Of a stretch of 64,000 bases of DNA, positions 1-13,100 are shown in pieces. This stretch comes from Antedon mediterranea (lineage: Eukaryota; Animalia; Echinodermata): the NCBI RefSeq assembly GCF_964355755.1, contig NC_092671.1, positions 19,716,001-19,780,000 on the forward strand, given 5' to 3'. The notes beneath the pieces were generated by a model. That model made no database searches and was not told the origin of the DNA. It saw nothing but the letters and a program-made list of their open reading frames with translations. The translations under genes and the position numbers were made by a program. Positions within the stretch are counted from its first letter, which is position 1. Each line of letters begins with the position of its first letter.

Positions 1-59
1 TTTTATACATTGTGACTGCTTCGTTATAATATTGTTTTTCGTCTAAATTAGGCAAATTA

Positions 60-420
60 AAATCTTTGAGCGCATGTGAGCTAGAGTCATACCTAGATGT
101 ATGTGTAATTATTTTGGCTGCTCTATTTTGGAGTACTTGGAGTTTATATTTGAGGGTTTGGTTATAAACACCCATACAACATTGCAGTAGTCAAAATGGT
201 GGGCTATGATAGATTTGTACATTAATGATTGAATACTTTGAGGGAAAATATTGCTGCATGTTTTTAGATAGTAAAGACCTGATATTACTTTATTTTTTAC
301 TTGATCTATTGTTAATGCCATTTTAAATTTTCATCGATAATGACACCTAAATGTTTACAGTTACTTACTTTTTCAAGTTTTTTACCTTCTATATTAATAT
401 TAATATCCATGTTAATGAGT
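60..420 (-). mobile_element. Degenerate non-LTR retrotransposon (CR1/L2-group) RT C-terminal fragment
   Basis: ORF 109..321 contains 'MYKSIIAHHFDYCNVVW' (LY.S.I.P.FDYC..VW motif). The upstream frame reads 'CKHLGVIIDENL.W'. Frameshifted. Confidence 0.75.
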
Positions 421-819
421 AATATCTTACACGAGAAGCCTGCAAAGAAAATAGAAATTCTAACTTTTTAAATGAAAATATTAAAAAAAAAAGTAAGATT
501 ATGTTGATATTATTTGATGACAACGCCAGGATCGCACCAGAAATTTGTTAATATTGACACAATAATTATTTTGCAAGTATTGGTATAGCAGAAACAATTT
601 ATTTTTACAAACCTAAATTTTAAAGAGCAATGTTCACTTTAAATTATGATCCATTGTGATTATTATACAGAGTTGAATTATTTTAAGATGTAATATATTA
701 TTTGCATTGGATCGCAATTGATTGAGGTGAAAACAAATAATTAGTTGAAGAAGATGGTCATTAAATGAATTATTACTATTGGAAATGATACAATATAGTA
801 AAGTAGGCTGAAAATAAAT

Positions 820-3110
820 TACGGTGCCTTGCGGAGAGGATACGGAAAACCAAAGGCTAAGGGTCCAATCCCCGACAGAAAAGGTGTTGTTGTAAATGAC
901 AGCAAAGGGCATGACACATAGCGTAAAATGGCCATTGTGTTACCGATCTAGAGATGTCCAAGCTTTAAACTAAATGACAGCTGCTAGTATACAGCGAGGA
1001 AGGCAACGGGAAACCACCCCAATGTTAAATATTCCCGGTGTGTCCGCTTGAAGATGAACAAAATGTAAATGAAGAAAGTCTGGGATCAATATTTTTAAAA
1101 GATGAAATTACAAAAGGAATTAAAAGACTACATGAAAGAAAAGCTGAAGGCATAGATGGGATACCTGCAGAGATGATAAAACAATTAGGAGAAGTAGCAA
1201 CCTTGGAACTTACCAAACTCTCTAACAAAATCTACACACAAGGAAAATGGCCAGCGGATTTCACTAAATCTGTAGTAATACCCTTGGAGAAAAAAGTAAA
1301 CACCCAACGATGTGATGAACACCGAACGATAAGTCTCATAACGCATACATCTAAGATAACACTTAAAGGCCAGGTGCGCGCAAAACATTTCTATTGATCA
1401 TACATTCCAATAATTATCGATCTATAGTTTCCCCTATGTTTCATAATTTTTGGGATTTTATTTGTGTTACACGAGCTTGTTGAAAATAAGCACTTTCTTA
1501 TCAGTGGGGGGATAGTTCAAATTACACAGTAAAATCTCTATTCTTTTGTACACAAATTTTGTAAATAGAGAGGCATTTTAAAAAGCTACGAAAAATAAAC
1601 AGTGTGGTAAAAAAATTTTTCAGATGACTAATTATAGGTAATATAACTTGAATATTACATTTCTGGAATTTTTATTCAACTTCAAATTTTTATTTTCATG
1701 CTATAGCAAAAATTATCCACCGTATATCCACCATCTTTTTTCACCTTCTAGGGAGTCACAAGACATGTTATTACATTAGGTTAACTATACCTAACTACTG
1801 AAAAAAGGTCTTCCTGGTTTTTATGGAAGAATTTTGCAAAATTTTGTATTTGGCCATATTAAGGGAAATTCATGTTTTTTCGTCTTGATTTCTGTTACAA
1901 ATATTTGATTTATGTACAATTAACCAAATATTATATTTAACATTCATGCCTGTACTTAAGGCATTAAATGACAGATTGGCATCAAAACTTGCAGAGTATA
2001 TTGGAATAGATTAATTTGGTTTTGTAAAAGGAAGAAGCACCAGAGATGCGATTGCTGTGCTGAGAGTGATGGGAGAAAAATCCTTAGAATATGGTAACGA
2101 ATTGTATATATGTTTTGTGAATTATGAAAAAGCATTCGACAGAATTAGTTGGATCAAATTGATGGACATCTTGTATAGAATTGGTGTTGACTATCGGGAC
2201 AGACGGTTAATATGGGAGCTGTATATCAATCAATCTGCATCAATTATAATAGATGGGAAATTATCTGAACCAGCACAGATGGTAAAGTTGTCAGACAAGG
2301 AGGAATACTATCAACTAACTTCTACAACATTTATGAAGAATTTCTACTTTCAGACTGTAGTGATGGAGTAAAAGTTGGTGGTCACAGAATCTCAACTGTA
2401 CGGTTTGCTGATGCTGATAAGGCTGTGATGGACAACTCTAATGTCGGTCTTCAAAGAATATTAACGAAAATTAATGAGGCAGGGAAAGAATATGGAATGA
2501 AGATAAACACCAGAAAAACTAAAGTAATGTGCATTACAAAAAGAGCAAATGTACAAATGGAAATATATGTTGATGGGGAAATTATTGAACAAGTTGATTC
2601 CTTTTGCTACAAAAATAACAACAGATGGCAGATGTAAGAGTGAGATTCTAAGGATAATAGGAATGGCAAAGAGGAAATTCCTAAGAAACAGGAAATTCTT
2701 AACAAGTAAAGCAAGTATTGAAACAAGAAAGGAAATGGTTAAAGCATTAGTATAGAGTGTTGCATTATACGGATGCAAAACATGGAGGATATAAACAGAA
2801 TAGATGCATTTGAAATGTGGTGTTGGAGAAAAATGCTAAAAATTCAATACACAGAACACCGAAGGAATGATGACATTTTAAATGAAATAAGAGAAGAAAG
2901 ACAACTAATGAAACGCAAATGGAGGATTATTGAAAATAGTGATGGAGGGTATGTACGATGGAAAAGCAGGTAGAGGAAGGAAGAGAAAAATGCTACTGGA
3001 TAGACTTAAAAATTGAAACAAATATTACCAACTAAACGACAAAGCATTAAATAGAGAAGAGTGGAAGAAAATGATTGTCATAGACCTGCCAATTGGCAGA
3101 TGGTATCCAT
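820..3110 (+). mobile_element. Degenerate RTE-clade LINE (5'UTR remnant, RT domain, 3' end), internally deleted and interrupted by a DNA element
   Basis: ORF pieces 'KAEGIDGIPAEMIK', 'HRTISLITHTSK', 'CFVNYEKAFDRI', 'RFAD.D', 'RIDAFEMWCWRKMLKI', 'GRGRKRK'. RTE 5' motif GGAAGGCAACGGGAAACCACCCC at 998-1020. 3' hairpin ctgcc-aatt-ggcag near 3085-3100. Confidence 0.9.
1367..1955. mobile_element. Non-autonomous DNA transposon (TTAA target, Kolobok-like) inserted in the RTE RT
   Basis: Flanked by (ac)TTAA on both sides. Removing it restores the RT frame (KITLK|ALNDRLASK). An inverted sibling lies at about 29690-30215. Confidence 0.75.
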
Positions 3111-4160
3111 GTTAATCAATTTATTTAATTTTTGATGTGTTCCTATATACATAGCAATATTATTATAGTGACCTATAATATCTGTATGGTATAAATAATA
3201 ACAAAGTTCATATAGGCCTACAATCTATACAATGAATATGTATCATTCAGAATTGAATAGTGTGTAGTTGATTGAAACTTGATTTTGATTAAGGTATATA
3301 TAAGGATGCGCCTGAATCCTGTACTGTGCATCAAGATATCAGTACGAAGAATTACAGACTTATACAGGACAGTTTGAACAGTACCAGCAACAAAAATGGT
3401 TGGTTGTTTTATTTAATAATTTCACTTACAAAGTAAGTTAGTACACATGATAAATAAAATATTATATAGAATATTAATGGTATAACGGTGGTTGAAGCAA
3501 ATAAATGTATAAACAATCTATGGCACTAGCTTAGACTGATGAGAAATGGAGGACATGCATCTTGTGAAGCAATATATATCTAAACAAATATGATACAACA
3601 CAGGGAATCAGTGTAGCTTGACTGGATGCCAAATGTATGTTGATTTATTTTAAGACAGTGAAGTTTATAATGTAAATGTACTATAATTAATAATTATCCT
3701 CAGAAACCGAGAAAATTCGAGGTAGGCCTTCTACTTAACCACGGAAACCACAGTGCTGCGCTTACCATGATCACCAGGATGCTATACACTTTATAAAGTA
3801 CACACAACAACAACAGCTACTTACAGAGTTCACAACTCCCGAAGTCTGATTTGAAAAAGATTAGTGGAACCAACAAGGTACATTATTAGTGTACAGCATT
3901 TACAATACAAAATGATTTTGACCTATGCCAAGTTACTGACAAATCAGATTTATTCCTGAATATGTTCGCCCAGTTACAGTATGATACAAAACATAACCAA
4001 ACAGCCCTTCCTTCAGTCAGCATAACATAAATTTTGTGACTTATAATTGCTGTAGCATCATCTAGTATTAATATGGTACAGGAATAAATTACATATAATG
4101 CATCGTCAGTCATACAGTTAGCATTGGTCAATGTGGCTGTATTCATGTTATTTGGCAGCA

Positions 4161-7100
4161 TCAAGAGAGCACAGGATGAGATGCCCAATGCTTGATTTCA
4201 GTTGGACAACCTTGATAAGTATTCAATGCCTCTACCAGTTGTGATTTTGTTAGCAGAATGTTCATTGGTCGATATTCTTTCTGCGTACGTGTTGAGTTAT
4301 CTGCTGGGTGAACAAGTTCTATGGCAACAAGTTGTTCAAATGCCTACAAAAACATAAAAGTTTTAAAATAAAAATCAATTGAACAGGTAGAACATGAACA
4401 TGGTAGAACCTCCTGTAACCATCCTCGCATCAGGCTAAATCGGGTAAACATGCTTATGTCAAGTATTCTTAATCACTATATTGGTTCAGTATTAAGATTT
4501 TCATACAAAATGTAAAATCAAAATCAAAGTAAAAAATACTGCAAGTAGATTTTTGCCAAAACACAAACAATAAACATAACATAATTACCCACTTGCATGA
4601 GGAAATTATGCAAAAATCAAAATGTTACCTCAGTCTGAATATACAGTAGCTTAAAGGACGTAGCTGGTGGTAAACCAGAAGTACCAAATGGATTGATTAG
4701 ATAGGAGGGATAAATGTAGGCGTTTGAATGAGTAACATTTGGCATATAAGAAATCAGAAATCATGCAGCACCATGAAACTGCCATTGTCCTTTGCATGAT
4801 TGCAGTGTCATGTCATTCGTTTCTAAAGTTTACTATTAAGTCTTAACAATAAGATTTTTATCACCTGTACATTTACATAAGTCGTTTTTGTGTATGGACA
4901 TACAGTAAGCTATTTTTGTATATATTTTTGATGACCACCTGTACATGGAAATGTGTGTACTTAATACAGGACTTTCTATGACCACCTAAATTAAATTAAA
5001 TTAAGCTTTCTCCTGAAATTTCTCACGGTTCGCAAACCTGGTTACAACTTGTTACAATTTCTAAGAATTTATACAGATGTGAAAAGGGTATTGATATTGA
5101 GAAATGCAATATATGCCCTCTCACATTTCCAAACAAATTTTGGTACAAACACTGGCTACAGCAATTAAACTTTAATGAAAAGGATCATACATTTTTAACC
5201 TATCATCGGAAAAATTCATGTTAAAGGTGGGTGGGCTTAAACCTGGATGAGTATAGGCAGTATCATTAGGTCAAGTAGAGAAATACATGACTTTGATTTA
5301 TAACATTACCACCAACTAAAAACTTATAAAATGATACCAGTAGTTCTTTGAACATTTCTTAAGTTCTTGATTTGGACATTTAAGCAGATAATTGGTGAAG
5401 AAAAATAAAACAGCACTTCAGGTGTTGGAACACATACAAATAAGCATAGGGATTGCAGAGGGTAAACAAATAAGCTTAAGGCTTGGTGGAATATTATTAA
5501 AATACCGTAACTTGGTTTAATCACTGCAGTGTAGTGGAGACACACCAGTTAAGAAATCCTGGATCTGTCACTGCATATCAAATACAAAAAGAATCTATTT
5601 TGAAAATATGAAGTAGTAGCTACAATCGCAATCAGTAATGAACAAAAAGTATTGATGTCACATCTTGTTACATACTGACACAAATTGCTGATAGTAAGTG
5701 TAAAAGACAACAAAAAACATGAACAAAACCTCTAATAATATTGTAAGCAATTCATTGTTAAAACATTTTCCCAGGGCATAAAAATGAACTTTTGTTAAAA
5801 TTTGATAGTTAAAAATATTCAACAGCTTCTTTGTAGGAGTTCAACCTTTGACTTTGTGAGCATTAGTTTAGAGAGTTCTCTTTGTTTCCTTGAACTTTCT
5901 AACAATTTTTGCTGGCAGCAACAACACTTACATTTTATTATCAAAGTCACATGCTATTATAGTGAGTTATTACATAATTAAACAAAATAGCAATGCTTGG
6001 GTGGAAATGTGATATAAAAATCTTGTTTTCATATATTTAAAATCTACAGATGTTACACTCCCTGTAACTTTGTAACCATTAATCTTGATGAAAGTGAAAA
6101 TAACAAATAAATAAATGAATAACCCTTTTTTTACAAATTGAAGTTTAAATTGACTTGCTGATTTTAAAGTTAGCTTATTTAAACTTACATGTTGAGAATA
6201 GTGTATTTAAAAACATAAATTCAATTTTGGAATATATGTATGACATCCACTGACACCGAAAGTTTCCATTTCTAATGATTTTTTCGGTGTGCTAGATATT
6301 GTTTCGTTATAATAAATTCTTCTTTATCTATCTTATTTGAATTAAGTAAGTCTAAATATGAGGAAATACTTGGATTGTCCAAGTAACCATAGTAAATAGT
6401 GAAATATTTTTGGCTCCAAGATGAATGCTCTATTGACTATGCACAAGCAATACAGTAGGTATTACTTCACCTCACATAGGCATGCTACTTATTAGCTGGT
6501 TTTTCACTGACATAGCATGGGGATTCCGATGTTCAACTTTATTTTTACACTTAATTTCAGCAATAAAAAAAGTGAAAAATATTTCACTTTCAATATCCAA
6601 GAATAAACTGACTACGACAAATTATTCCGAAATATTTTAGACAGATTTTGCAGAACAAGTAGTTAGTATTAATAAACCAATAAAATTTGATAATATTTTA
6701 AGGAAATGTAATATTTTCCATATTCCTAATTTTAGGCGACCTTTTCAAGAATTAAAGGAAACACTTTTAATAGGGTTCTGCTTTACATTAAAACTATTTG
6801 TAAAGAAATATAGTTCTTGCACGTTTTGCTGGTACAGGATGCTCTACCCTTCCTATTTTATGCTATTTTTAAATGTTAAAAAGATTATCACTATTGTTTA
6901 TGTTTATATCATGTGATATTAGGCTAGATTCTTCAAGACGAAAACAAACATGACGACTCCTTGGGTTCCAGACGATAACTCTTTTATTTGAACTCTTGCG
7001 CATGCGCACAACAACTAAACTAGATTACAAGTTCTACAAACATCTCTTCTCTTTAAAAACTGTCATATACTTTCTAAATGCTAAGAATAACTTTTTTACA

Positions 7101-10100
7101 ACTTTAACTAAAATAACAACTAAGATAAAAAGACATATTAATGACAACTGGTAAGAACTGACAATAAACTTTCAATAACATAAATTACAACCTGTCTTTG
7201 TTTTATTGTTTGTAATTACATGCGTTCATTCTTAATGTTTCGTTTCGGACGGACTGCTCTCTCAGAGTTATTCTGTGTGATTTGTTTATTTGTTGGCAAT
7301 TGAGCCGGTTTATTTGGAAGTGTTGTAGCTGAAGTGTCACTAACATCTATGTTTTCATTTGTTGCTTTAGGTGGTATGTCACCTACGTCTATGCTTTCAT
7401 TAGTAGCTTTTAAGAACACACGATTTCTGCGAAGGAGTGATCCATCAGTAGTTTTCACCAGATATGAGCGAGGACCTATTTTCTCTTGTGTGATGGCTTT
7501 TCTCCATTCATGATGGTTTTGGTCGGGTTGTACTCTGACCGACTGACCAGTTACTAACTCTGGCAAATCTTTAGCAGTTTTATCATACTGTGACTTTGCC
7601 ATCTTTCTTCGCTGTACAATGTTATCCACAATGTTGTCAACAACCAGTGGTTTCAGCAATTCTTTTGTTGTAGGTAGAAGTGTTTTTGTTCTTCGTGACA
7701 TCAACTTTTGCACTGGACTGCTACCATCTTTACTGGGAGTATTTCTCAAGTTTAATATGGCTAGCTGTATATCACCTTTATCCTTTATAGCCTTCTTTAT
7801 GAGCTTCTTGGCTATTTTCACAGTCGCCTCAGCTTTTCCATTACTTTGGCTATGGTATGGAGAACTAGTTCGATGATCAATGTTCCATTCTTTGGTGAAG
7901 TTGTTGCGTTCATCAGACACAAACGTCTGTGCATTATCTGTAACCAAAATAGATGGAATGCCAAATCGTGCAAAGTGTCTTTTCGAGTGTTTAATTATGT
8001 TTGATGATTTCAAACTTTTAATTTCATCCACTTCAAAATAATCTGTGAAGTAATCAACAGTAACTAAGTAATCTCGATTATTTAGTGTGAAAATGTCTTG
8101 ACCAACCATCTGCCATCTCTCTGTCGGTATCGGCCACGTCATAAGCGTTTCACTTTGCTGCTTGTCCAAAAACGCATTACATGATTGACATGTCTGTACG
8201 GCATCCTTAATTTGAGATGTCATACCTAACCAAAACAAGCTGTCTTTTGCTCTCCTTAGTGTGGCATCTATGCCCTGGTGGCTAGAATGAACTTTCTTAA
8301 TCATCCATGGTTGTAGAATCTTTGGGATCACTACCTGTTGTCCTTTAAATATTATGCCATTCTGCACAGTCAGCTCATCTGAGTATGGTTTTACCAGAGG
8401 TGATACCTTGTCTTTTACATCTGGCCATCCTGTATGAACCATCAGCATCACTTCTGTCAGCTCTGAATCACCTTTCGTAGCTTGTTTAAGCTGTAGCTGT
8501 GTACTCTCACTGACATTAACAAAATCTATTTGATTTATGTTTTGTAGCACTTCCATGATTTTGCTTTGTTTCTCATTAACTGGTGCTCTGCTCAATAGAT
8601 CAGCTACAAACATTTCTTTGCCTGGTACATGAATGACATTAATCTTGTACCTCAGCAGTCTCAACATCATTCTCTGCAGACGTTTTGGAGCTGTATTTAT
8701 AGCTTTTCGAAATATCGGTATCAGAGGTTTATGATCTGATTGCAGTTATATGTCGTCCCAATACATAATGTTCAAATTTCTCACATGCGTATACGATTGC
8801 CAAGCACTCTTTCTCTATTTGAGCATAATTTTGTTCTGTTTTTGTTAAGGTTCTTGACGCAAAACAGACTGGCTTTCCTTCTTGTAGGAGTGTTGCACCT
8901 ACACAATACTGGCTACTATCACACTGTATATGCTAAAACAGGAGCAGCTACTATCAATCTTTTCAGCTTCTGAAATGCTTCTTCATGGTGAGAAAGCCAT
9001 TCAAAATGGTGATTTTTATCCGTTAACCTACGTAGAGGTTCAGCGACCTCGGACAGCTTAGGCAGAAACCTAGATAAATACGTAACGCAACCCATGAATA
9101 CTTGAACACCATGTTTATCCTCAGGAGGAGGCATCTCTGTAATACATTTGACTTTATCTGGATCAGGTCTTAACCCCTCATCCCCAATGATGTGACCCAT
9201 GTATTTGATATTTCTCACTCGCAGTTGAACCTTTTTGCGATTTAACTTTAAACCCATGGTCCTGCATTTCTCCAAAAAAAATTTAATCAAGTTTTGTTCA
9301 TGATCAAGAAGTGCTTCCTCATATGTTTTACCATTTCCATATATTACAAAATCATCTGCTATAGCTTCAACACCATTTAAATGTTCTGTTATGTCGTGAG
9401 CTCGCCGTTGCATTTCATCTGTTCAAAGTCCATAAGGAAGACGAGTATATCTGTAGCGACCAAACTCTGTACCAAATGTGGTTAATTTACTGCTTTCTTC
9501 TGTTAATTCAATCTGCCAAACGGCTTCACTAGCATCGCAAACTGAAAATACTTTAGCATTTGTCAACTTTGGCAATACATCATCTAACACTGGCAGTGCA
9601 TAATTTGGTCTAACTATAGCCTGGTTTAAAGGTTTTGGATAACAGGTACGAGTTTAGCCAGATAGTAGGTTCACTGACTTTAACGATAATTCCTCTAGCC
9701 TCCATACCATCAAGCTTAATTCTTCTTGAATTCTGTTTGGAGAGGGATAGGCAGTTTTCTGATTGGTTGCTTTACTGGGGTAACCTGTGGGTCAATTCTT
9801 ATTTCACAAACACCAGCAAGTTTTCCTAGTCCTGAAAAAATATCATCATAGTTATGTAAAATATCATTATATGACATCATATTAACATTTTCAACCACAC
9901 AATCATCTGTGACCTTTAACAATTTCATTTTCATTGATAAATCACACCCAATGAGTGGTACCTGAGTGGTTTCTAAGACAACAAATTTGGTATTGAACCT
10001 TTGACCTTTATGCATAATCCTTATTTTACATTCTCCTAATGTACTTAATCTCTTGCCACTATATAATTTTACCATAGTATTTGTTTTGGATATTTTGCAA

Positions 10101-13100
10101 TTTTAATTTGTTGGCATCTTCTTTGGATATTACATTACATGTGGCTCCTGTATCTATTTGGCACACTTGTTTTATGTAGTTGCACAATAAGGATATTGTT
10201 ATCTTATTACATTTATCACTTTCAATGTGGAACAATGAATCATCTGTATCTCCATGTTCACATGTTTTGGTTTCTTTCTATATTTAGGTTTGTCTTTAGA
10301 TGACTCATTTGGCTTATTGCCTTTACACACCTTTGACCTAGCAAAGTGATTATCCCTTTTACACCATAAGCAGAGCACTGACCTCTCTTATGATATCTAG
10401 AGCAAAAATCAAATTTATTATTTTGTGTGTGAGTAGCTATCTTGCTATCATTATTTCTAACAAATTTATGTTTAGCTTTAGCTTGCATAGCATTTACATT
10501 TTCATTTTTACCAATTGAATTGTTCACGCTTTTCAATGATATCTTGCTTTGCATGATTGCCTCATGTTCTCTTCCTCTTTCTATCACTTCTGTTATCGGA
10601 TGTTTGATTGGCTTCGGAAGCAATTCCTTTCTAAAATCATCATATGGTGTACATAGAATGACCATTTCCATTAGTCTCTCATTTAGTTCATCATTACTGA
10701 ATTCACATTTGGCACCCTTTACCCTTAAACGAGATATGTAGTCGTTTATAGGCTCACATTGTTTCTGTAGTAGGGTACTGAATTCTAATCTATGTACACG
10801 GAAGCTTACGGAATGCTTTTGCATCTACATCAGTTTCAAAATATTTAAAAATCTCATCTGGATCTTTCTTTAAACCAGAATTCCGTAGTCTGTCCATTCC
10901 ATGATCACCAAGCCCTAATGTTATTTTTATAGCTTTCTTTGCTGCATCTGTTACTCCCTGATCTTCCATATACAGTGTAATACGATCTTTGAAGTTTAAA
11001 AATGCTTCTGCTTTATTTGAAGCTTCCCAGTTCATAGTTGGCATCCTTACACCACCACCGGTAGCCATTTTAATTCTGTTCTAGCTAGGGTCGGTTGTGT
11101 AATGAGTGTTGTGTTGCCGTAGCGCGAGGACGCTACCACACAATTATAATTAACAGTCAGTTAAGCACTGTTTATCCTAGGCTATTTTCCAATTCAGAAC
11201 CTAGTGTAGAGATTACCCTAAATGTATTTCTTGTTCCTAAGGGTACAATACCTTTGGTCTTGATTGTGTTGCTCTAGATTTTACTACCACACACGTGCAC
11301 ATCTATTTATTGTTCGTCCACTCTCTAGGCTGGACTAGCCTTGATTTCCACCGTGTTTCAGAATCGGCACCAAACGAAAGTTTATTAATTAAAATGTTTC
11401 AGCTTGTTACAACTATACCTCGGCGGCCTAGTTGGAGTATCGACTGTATTAAGAATGTTTTCGGACCACTTCTGACACCATGTTTATGTTTATATCATGT
11501 GATATTAGGCTAGATACTTCAAGACGAAAACAAACATGACGACTCCTCGAGTTCCAGACGATAACTCTTTTATTTGAACTCTTGCGCATGCGTACAACAA
11601 CTAAACTAGATTACAAGTTCTACAAACAACTATAAAGAGGACATTGGTTTTACTGATTGTATGAGTGATATACTACCAATATTTTGCAGCATAAAAAAGT
11701 GTTGCACTGGAGTTGTTTTTAATATCTCTTTAGTAATAACATTGTTATAATTCAATCTAAATTAAAAAAAAAAAGTGTACTTTATTCTCTTTATATCTTA
11801 ATTGGTCACATTCATTTAAGCTTATCTCACCTATTCATGCCAATTTTCCCCCAAATTTCAATATATATAGTTAATTATAGCATAGCATGCATCTGGTTTC
11901 CACACACATATTTTAAAGATGTATTGTCCCTTGAAACACAAAAAATGAAAAAAAAAATATTCTAAATTTAAATTGACCATATCAAAGTAATATTAAAGTT
12001 ATTACACTATTCACAAGTTTACGTAATTAACAGGTAAATTAATTTGATTACATTTCGTCTGGAAAATCGTCACGAGCGAAAGTAAGGAAGTCAAAGTTAT
12101 TTTCTGAACAAAAAAACGTCCGTATTTCGGTTAAATTTTTTTTTGTTCAACTTATTTTGGTGAATAACTATTATGATACTTCAAAATGACCCACTTTTTT
12201 TTGAAATATTAAAAAAAAATTTTTTTTTAATTAGTCAAATGGACAATACACTATTCACAAGTTTACGTAATTAACACTAACAGGTAAATTAATTTGATTA
12301 CATTTCGTCTGGAAAATCGTCACGAGCGAAAGTAAACAAAGATTTCAAACCATGAGTATGCATTATGCATGATGCTAATTAGGATTTTTTACAACTCGTC
12401 GTGGTTGAGAAGGTGTTTTCACACAGATCGCGAGGAAGTTTTATGATTATGCATACAGAGTAGCCAAACAAGCGCGTTGCATTATGAGATATGTTTTGAT
12501 CAAAAACTTTGACTGGAACTCAAAAGTTATTTTTTGAACAAAAAAACGTCCGTATTTCGGTTAAATTTTTTTTTGTTCAACTTATTTTTGGTGAAAGTTA
12601 ATAACTATTATGATACTTCAAAATGACCCACTTTTTTTTGAAATATTAAAAAAAAATTTTTTTTTTAATTAGTCAAAGGGACAATACATCTTTAACATTC
12701 TTGAGAAATGAAGGTGTAGATTGGTGGTTAACATGACTTCCAATCTCAATATCCAAGATTCAATCTTGACCTACAGTGTCAGGGTTTGTTATTGTCACAA
12801 ATTTTTCTACTCCATTCTGGGTTTTTATAACTAATGATGAAATATTATTTCAATTAACGAACACTAGTTATTTATGATGAAAATTACTGAATCCTTTTAC
12901 TTAATAAACCTACAATTTGTTATATTATTGTTTAAAACATCTCTACTTCACAAGTATAATTATTCAATGGAACACTTTGATTACAAACATTACCTTGAGC
13001 ACAATTGCCTTGTCATAGGATTGAATTGAATGTGACTTCTTCTGTACAAACTTCTGATATTCTATACAAAAATACAAACAAAATTTACAGTAAACCGTGT

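Larger units (their letters stand above)
6895..11628 (-). mobile_element. Full-length, disabled Ty3/Gypsy (Mag-like) LTR retrotransposon in the last ORC4 intron
   Basis: 148-bp TG...CA LTRs at 6895-7042 and 11481-11628. 5-bp TSD ACTAT at 6890-6894 and 11629-11633. PBS TGGTGTCAGAAGTGG (tRNA-Leu type) next to the 5' LTR, PPT AAAGAGAAGAGA next to the 3' LTR. Domain order gag-PR-RT-RH-IN. Confidence 0.97.

Noticed and set aside
3530-3560. Hammerhead ribozyme core CTGATGA (also about 56862)
   Set aside because: No stem II followed by GAAA and no flanking stems were found.
3886-4188. 100-aa ORF overlapping the ORC4 end
   Set aside because: It is out of frame with ORC4, lies in the 3'UTR, starts at a non-ATG codon and has no recognisable motif.
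7216-8670. Domesticated stand-alone integrase gene
   Set aside because: It is the longest unbroken piece of pol inside an LTR-bounded element with a TSD.
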